Source: Minisyncoccia bacterium (GTDB lineage Bacteria; Patescibacteriota; Minisyncoccia; Phycocordibacterales; UBA2100). From it: a stretch of DNA of 56,834 nucleotides. This document shows, piece after piece, positions 51,768 through 56,834 of this stretch. The stretch covers positions 1 through 56,834 of the forward strand of contig JBAQUX010000025.1 of assembly GCA_049297775.1 (NCBI GenBank), in the 5' to 3' direction. Below the pieces are notes generated by a model. The model did no database searches. It worked only from the letters and a program-made list of their open reading frames with translations, and was not told the DNA's origin. Numbering within the stretch: the stretch's first letter is position 1; every line of letters begins with the position of its first letter. The position numbers and the translations under genes were made by a program.

Positions 51768-52517
51768 ATGACACACAAAACTACAAGCTGGGGAGAGGTT
51801 GCTAATTGGTATGACGACCATCTGAAAGGCAAAGATACCTACCATGAAAAAGTGCTGGCACCCAATCTCGTACGCATGCTCGCACTCGTGCCCGGAGAAA
51901 GGGTGCTCGAGGTAGGGTGTGGGGAAGGTTATTTCTCACGCATTATCGCAAAAACTGGCGGGAAAGTACTCGCAACTGATATATCGAAGGAACTTATTGC
52001 ACTCGCAGAACAAAAGGGAGGAGATGTCACGTACAAAGTACTCTCAGCAGAGAAACTGACCGGCATTGATTCTGCTACATACGATGTGGGGGTCGCCATT
52101 CTTACCATTCAAAATATGGAAAAAATTGATGCGGTTTTTTCTGAACTTGCACGCACGCTCACAAAGAAAGGGAGAATTATAATAATTTTGAATCACCCGG
52201 CATTTAGAATCCCGAAACGCTCAAGTTGGGGATATGATGGCGCAACAAATACACAATACCGAAGAGTTGATGGGTATCTTTCTCAAACAAAGGAAAAAAT
52301 TGTGATGCATCCAGGAAAAAACAGTGGGGAAGTCACTTTTTCATTTCATAGATCACTGCAAGACTATATGAAGGCACTCCATAAATGCGGTTTTGGCATA
52401 TCGCGACTAGAGGAATGGATATCTCACAGAACAAGCGTCGGAGCCAAGGCTAAGGCAGAAAATACTTCACGCACAGAGATACCCCTGTTTATGGCTATTG
52501 AGTGTAGAAAATTCTAG
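51768..52517 (+). CDS. class I SAM-dependent methyltransferase
   Basis: VLEVGCGEGYF is motif I and the layout is Rossmann-like. Substrate unknown. Confidence 0.8.
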   Translation: MTHKTTSWGEVANWYDDHLKGKDTYHEKVLAPNLVRMLALVPGERVLEVGCGEGYFSRIIAKTGGKVLATDISKELIALAEQKGGDVTYKVLSAEKLTGIDSATYDVGVAILTIQNMEKIDAVFSELARTLTKKGRIIIILNHPAFRIPKRSSWGYDGATNTQYRRVDGYLSQTKEKIVMHPGKNSGEVTFSFHRSLQDYMKALHKCGFGISRLEEWISHRTSVGAKAKAENTSRTEIPLFMAIECRKF

Positions 52518-52533
52518 ACTATACTATAGACAT

Positions 52534-53277
52534 ATGGATATATTTTTTGTTGCGCTTGTACCAGTAATGGTTTTATTACTTTCTTCGCTCAGACAGGTTA
52601 ACCAGTATGAGCGTGGTGTTACTTTTTTAATGGGTCGTTTCCAAACAATTAAGGAGCCAGGTTGGCGCCTTGTAATTCCAGTATTTCAAAGTATGTCTAA
52701 AGTAGACATGCGCGTAAAGGCAGTTGATGTGCCAGAACAGAAAGCAATTACAAAGGATAACATCTCAGTCGGTGTAACTGCTGTAATCTATTACAAAGTC
52801 TCAGATGCAAGTAAGGCTATTCTTGAAGTTGAGGATTTCTTTTACGCAATGAGCCAGCTTGCACAAACGACCATGCGAAATGTAGTGGGCCAAGTAGAGC
52901 TCGACGAACTTCTTGCAAGTCGCGACAAAATTTCTGAAAAAATTAAGTCTATTGTTGATGAATCAAGTGAAGCGTGGGGAATTACCGTCTCAAATGTTGA
53001 ACTAAAAGATGTTGCACTTCCTGGAGATATGGAGCGCACTATTGCAAAACAGGCGGAGGCAGAGCGTGAAAAGCGAGCGGTCATTATTCAATCTGAGGGT
53101 GAAGTCGCTGCCGCCGAAAATATTGCAAAGGCTGCAGGCATTCTTGCAAGCAGTTCAGGAGCACTGCACTTACGCACACTGCAATCAATTAATGACATAA
53201 GCTCTGATCAAAGCAACACTGTAGTGTTCGCTGTACCTCTTGAAATTTTGCGTGCGTTTGAAAAGCTTGGAAAGTAA
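52534..53277 (+). CDS. SPFH/band-7 (stomatin-like) protein
   Basis: A TM helix is followed by VNQYERGVTFLMGRFQTIKEPGWRLVIPVFQ...KAVDVPEQKAITKDN. The C-terminal segment is AEAEREKRA coiled coil. Confidence 0.9.
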   Translation: MDIFFVALVPVMVLLLSSLRQVNQYERGVTFLMGRFQTIKEPGWRLVIPVFQSMSKVDMRVKAVDVPEQKAITKDNISVGVTAVIYYKVSDASKAILEVEDFFYAMSQLAQTTMRNVVGQVELDELLASRDKISEKIKSIVDESSEAWGITVSNVELKDVALPGDMERTIAKQAEAEREKRAVIIQSEGEVAAAENIAKAAGILASSSGALHLRTLQSINDISSDQSNTVVFAVPLEILRAFEKLGK

Positions 53278-53278
53278 T

Positions 53279-54190
53279 ATGAATTTTATTGTAAACACCT
53301 ACTTCGAAATTAAAAATAGCATCTTCGGACCTGAATACTACGCATCACTGCAACTGAAAGAGGATAAAACAGGTCTTGGATATCTACTCCGTCTTACATC
53401 GGTGGTTGGTTTAATCATCGGACTCACACTCATCCCGACACTCATGCAGGTAAAGACCGCCCTTACCTCAACAGTCTCCGGGGCATCAAGCTACTATCCC
53501 AACGAATTAGTAGTAAAAATTGAGAACGGCTTAGTCACTACCGAGGGTGTTGTAGAGCCGTACGCGATACCAGTCCCAGGAGAGGTGTTTGCAAATAATG
53601 CGCAAAAAGCATTACCAGAAACTGAGACGGTCAATGCCATTGTTATCGATACTGCTGGTCCACTATCTGTTGAGTATTTTAAGGCTTTGAATACGTTTGC
53701 TCTACTTCAAAAAAACAGTCTTACCATTGTTGGTGATAAGGGCGAATTGAAAACATACCAGTTACCAAAGGATACAAATTTTGTTTTTACTAAAGCAAAA
53801 GTGAGTGAGTTCTTAACTGTAATTAATACGTACATAGAAAGAATCGCTCCTTTTATTTACGCGCTTATTATTCCTTGCATGATATTACTCCTTTTTGTGG
53901 GATATATTATATATGGGATTTATTTCGCTCTGGTCACATGGATTTTTGCGCGGTTTGCACTTAAAACACCATGGGGCTTTAAGAAGTCATATCGCATGGG
54001 AGTGCACGCTATGACACTTCCAATACTTTTCATCAATCTTATAGATTTCGTGTACCCAGTTCGTATTCCGCTTCTTTTCACCGTTTCTTCGCTGTTCATT
54101 CTGTATATGAATACTCGAGAGATACACAAACCTGACGCAACCGTTCCCGCAACAGTAGCAGCGCCAGTGACACAGGAAATAAGTTCGTAA
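53279..54190 (+). CDS. polytopic membrane protein, DUF1189-like
   Basis: Starting at ATG 53279 (1 nt after the SPFH stop), the N-terminus FEIKNSIFGPEYYASLQLKEDKTGLGYLLRL resembles DUF1189 proteins (recalled). Confidence 0.55.
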   Translation: MNFIVNTYFEIKNSIFGPEYYASLQLKEDKTGLGYLLRLTSVVGLIIGLTLIPTLMQVKTALTSTVSGASSYYPNELVVKIENGLVTTEGVVEPYAIPVPGEVFANNAQKALPETETVNAIVIDTAGPLSVEYFKALNTFALLQKNSLTIVGDKGELKTYQLPKDTNFVFTKAKVSEFLTVINTYIERIAPFIYALIIPCMILLLFVGYIIYGIYFALVTWIFARFALKTPWGFKKSYRMGVHAMTLPILFINLIDFVYPVRIPLLFTVSSLFILYMNTREIHKPDATVPATVAAPVTQEISS

Positions 54191-54196
54191 GTATTT

Positions 54197-54364
54197 ATGA
54201 TTGGTCCGCAACTCATTATTGTTGGCATCGTAGGTGGTCTCATTGTGATATCGCTTGTTGAGTACGCAAAGACAAAGTGTAAAAAAGACCTCTGTATTTT
54301 TTACATCATTATTGCAATTGTGGTCACACTTATCTTCACCTTTACACTTGCAATACTTGGCTAG
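54197..54364 (+). CDS. 55-aa two-TM peptide
   Basis: MIGPQLIIVGIVGGLIVISLVEYAKTKCKKDLCIFYIIIAIVVTLIFTFTLAILG. It lies 6 nt after the upstream stop and is below the track cutoff. Confidence 0.4.
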   Translation: MIGPQLIIVGIVGGLIVISLVEYAKTKCKKDLCIFYIIIAIVVTLIFTFTLAILG

Positions 54365-54386
54365 ACAGTGAGCTGAACTCGTAGCA

Positions 54387-55262
54387 TTAAGATTCAATAG
54401 TGAGCATCCATTCAAGTGATATGGATTCTTCAACATGTTGTAGCGACTCCTTTTCAAAAATTTCATCTGGGCTGCCAGTAGAATCGGGAGAGCCTATCCA
54501 TGGCTCAATACAGATAAAGGGCGCACCCGGCTTTGACCAAAGTGCGAGATGTGTAGTTGTGTCACCCCAAGAAAAGGTAAAGGTACGCGATGGTGACTCC
54601 AATCGAATTTCGTTGCTTGCAGGCTTGTACAAAAGAAACGCATCATCGAGAAACATATCTGCAGTAAGTTCAACATACTGCTGTACCACGGGGGATGTAA
54701 AGTGCATATCAGTTGTTAAACCATTTTTTATTTTTTTGCACACTGAGTTTTCAGGTTGTGAGAAATGTAATGTAGTCGCTTCAAGCTCGTCATTTCCTAA
54801 AAGAAAGCCTGGGTGTGCACCGAGTGCGCACGGGAGAACTGTTTCATTCGTATTCATTGCAGTATACGTTACATGTAAGGTATCGCCATCAAGCACATAG
54901 CGCACACGAAGTTCAAACTCTAGCGGATATAGGCGCAGAGTACGCTCATCACTTTTTAACACTAACGTAACAGAACTATCGTTAACATCATAAATTTCAA
55001 AAAGACTATCGCGCGCAAAACCATGCTGAGGAATTGTGTAATGTTTGCCATCAAAGGTATAACTCTCATCTCGAAATTTTCCAATAACGGGGAAAAGCAC
55101 TGGTGCGTGTCGTGCCCATACTTTCGGCTCACCGGTCCAAATGTATTCCGTGAGATCGCTTCGTTTTTGTAATGACACAAGCTCTGCACCCTGTAGTGCA
55201 ACGGTAGCGACCAGAGAATCTGAGGTGAGCGTCACTGTTCGTGTAATCAATGGTTCTGACAT
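54387..55262 (-). CDS. aldose 1-epimerase-family protein (LacX-like)
   Basis: 291 aa with GAELVSL, APVLFPVIGKF and IPQHGFAR motifs. Confidence 0.8.
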   Translation of the reverse strand: MSEPLITRTVTLTSDSLVATVALQGAELVSLQKRSDLTEYIWTGEPKVWARHAPVLFPVIGKFRDESYTFDGKHYTIPQHGFARDSLFEIYDVNDSSVTLVLKSDERTLRLYPLEFELRVRYVLDGDTLHVTYTAMNTNETVLPCALGAHPGFLLGNDELEATTLHFSQPENSVCKKIKNGLTTDMHFTSPVVQQYVELTADMFLDDAFLLYKPASNEIRLESPSRTFTFSWGDTTTHLALWSKPGAPFICIEPWIGSPDSTGSPDEIFEKESLQHVEESISLEWMLTIES

Positions 55263-55266
55263 ACCG

Positions 55267-55545
55267 CTACGCTAGGTTTGAAAGGTAAAAAAGTGCAATA
55301 ACTGTGGTAAGCAATGTATTCACAAATAGTACAAACGTATCGTACTGAGTTAATACCGTCATAACTTTTTTCGTGATTGCCCAAATAAGTGACACTGTAA
55401 AGAGCAGGGCAGTGAGGGGGAGCAAGGTTTCAAATACAGGCATGATAAGCCTACCCAAGTGATCCTGGAATAAAATTGAACTCAAGTGTAGTACGTTAAC
55501 AAAAAGCCCAAAATACAGTAGCGCAAGATATTTTGAAAGTATCAT
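55267..55545 (-). CDS. small three-TM membrane protein
   Basis: 92 aa. TGCTACTAT lies 9 nt upstream of ATG 55545. The stop lies 4 nt before the epimerase start. Confidence 0.5.
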   Translation of the reverse strand: MILSKYLALLYFGLFVNVLHLSSILFQDHLGRLIMPVFETLLPLTALLFTVSLIWAITKKVMTVLTQYDTFVLFVNTLLTTVIALFYLSNLA

Positions 55546-55725
55546 ATACCATACATAGTAGCATCAATTATTTGGAAATCTTTTAGGAATCTTCAGAAAG
55601 TGAGATTTTAATTCAGAAAAATGCGTCACTAATTCGTACAGGTTTTACGTAGTGCATGCGCGGGAATAGAGCCTTTTTCTCTATGCTTAACGTCGCACAA
55701 TATATCTTTTGCGACGTTAAATAAG

Positions 55726-55783
55726 CAAAAAATGACTCTAGTGAGCAATTCCGAGGTACGAGACCAAGGATTGTCACTAGAGC
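55726..55783 (-). terminator. long-stem terminator after dinB
   Basis: On the minus strand: GGCTCTAGTGACAATCC...GGAATTGCTCACTAGAGTC (imperfect stem of about 17 bp) followed by ATTTTTT. Confidence 0.6.
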
Positions 55784-55861
55784 CGGCGCGCTAGCCTGCA
55801 GCTTGACCTGTTTAACAGACTCTCTTGCGCTCTTGTACCCTAGCGTATGTATTTTTTAAAG

Positions 55862-56834
55862 TCAAATCACCTCTCCTAAATATGGTAACGGCAGACCATA
55901 GATATATGGGTCTAAAGTATCACGTCGGTCCCGTTCATGACCCCTATATGTACCTGACTCAAGGCTTGAGGCATACAGTATTGCACCGTGCCCATGTAGA
56001 CCTCTAATGGACCGTACGGCACCTTGCAAGCTATCTGCCGTATCTCTATGTACCTCTACAAGCCCAAAGAGGTCCTGCGGTACCATATCTTTAGGAATAC
56101 ACTTTGCAACACAAATACCTGTTGCTTTGTATCTATTTTTTTTACCTCCGGCGGTATGCCATAACTGCGTAATCTGCGGTATAGAAACTTCTAACAACAG
56201 ACGCACATCATCAGTGTACTGTGGCAGTTCAGCTTCGGCATAGATTCTACCTTCGGATGTCTTAATGAAGAGGCACACCTCTTTACCTACCACTCCAAGC
56301 TCGTGCAATCGCTCAGCGACAATCTCCACATTGCGAGAAAGTTCTGAAACAACGAACGAACGTTCGTTGTGGTACTCTCCAAATGAACGCGTTGACTCTA
56401 CAGACTTTTGATACGCATATTCTGTTTTTACCACATGACGACTTATCCCACGCAACTCATCTTGGAGATGCCTCAATGTAATAGTATTCAGACCTAATAA
56501 TAATCCTTCTGAAGCATCGCGAAGCATGCATGCGGTGGTTATTCCCCTTTCGTGCATCTGAGGCGCAAGACGTCTTCCGATTCCCCATACATCGGCAACG
56601 GCTATCTGTTCAAGAAATTTTGTTTCCATATCCTGGTGGACCCAGGTACAGCCAAAGGGTTTTTTAAATTTTGAACCAAGCTTTGCTAATGTTTTCGTGC
56701 GACCAATACCACATGAATATGTGACTCCGAGGCAATCAAGCAACTCTTGTTGTATGGCGAGTACTGTTTTTTGGATGTCGTTAGCCGAGATATGGCTGAT
56801 GTCTACAAAACATTCATCTATACTGTACCGCTCA
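55862..56834 (-). CDS. dinB: Y-family DNA polymerase IV, 5' end beyond the window
   Basis: The reading frame is open to the right edge (…ERYSIDECFVDISH…GIGRTKTLAKL…DVWGIGRR). The M at 56743 in the track is an internal TTG. This is the only CDS here ending in TGA. Confidence 0.85.
   Translation of the reverse strand, partial: ERYSIDECFVDISHISANDIQKTVLAIQQELLDCLGVTYSCGIGRTKTLAKLGSKFKKPFGCTWVHQDMETKFLEQIAVADVWGIGRRLAPQMHERGITTACMLRDASEGLLLGLNTITLRHLQDELRGISRHVVKTEYAYQKSVESTRSFGEYHNERSFVVSELSRNVEIVAERLHELGVVGKEVCLFIKTSEGRIYAEAELPQYTDDVRLLLEVSIPQITQLWHTAGGKKNRYKATGICVAKCIPKDMVPQDLFGLVEVHRDTADSLQGAVRSIRGLHGHGAILYASSLESGTYRGHERDRRDTLDPYIYGLPLPYLGEVI

Noticed and set aside
55734-55783. Long hairpin considered as SRP (4.5S) RNA, tested on both strands.
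   Set aside because: It lacks the conserved GGAA-capped domain IV motifs (AGGUCAGGUCC...GGAAGCAGCC). It is followed by a T-run directly downstream of dinB, so a terminator is the simpler reading.
1-56834. Alternative genetic code (TGA as Gly or Trp, code 25 or code 4), suggested by the near absence of TGA stops.
   Set aside because: All long conserved genes translate full-length under the standard code without in-frame TGA, so there is no positive evidence of reassignment in this window. The skew is reported as a finding instead.

Overview
This is a gene-dense 56.8-kb chromosomal segment of roughly 40% G+C. I call 58 protein genes, one tRNA-Arg(CCT) and an RNase P RNA. I saw no rRNA, CRISPR array, transposase or integrase. 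The gene content suggests a Patescibacteria/CPR (Parcubacteria-like) genome: DUF5679- and DUF5671-type proteins, compact housekeeping genes, a giant repeat adhesin and tiny intergenic gaps. That placement is an inference from memory of these families, not a search result.

Housekeeping genes present are an MscS-like channel, zwf-gnd, rnpB, murJ, lepA, folD, glyA, tmk, a contiguous uvrB-uvrA-uvrC block, mnmA, recR, dnaB, cysS, an S41 peptidase, rplI, rpmA and dinB (cut by the right window edge).

Two window-wide signals stand out:
- At 23 genes a -10 box lies 5-11 nt from the ATG, which suggests leaderless mRNAs. Good Shine-Dalgarno sites appear mainly on four small G+C-rich, probably foreign, islets.
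- TGA is almost unused as a stop codon (34 TAA, 23 TAG, 1 TGA) and never interrupts a conserved gene.

Candidate uncharacterised systems:
- A tight operon built around an ATP-cone/Mrr-type nuclease (31815-34048), next to a Cas4-like nuclease.
- Two tandem cyanophycin-synthetase-like ATP-grasp ligases that lack the Mur-ligase domain (7738-10147).
- A degenerate actin-fold protein paired with a large bitopic membrane protein (28213-30690).
- Two orphan proteins co-transcribed with rplI (43019-45220).

None of these can be assigned a function from sequence alone. All domain calls are motif recognition by eye.
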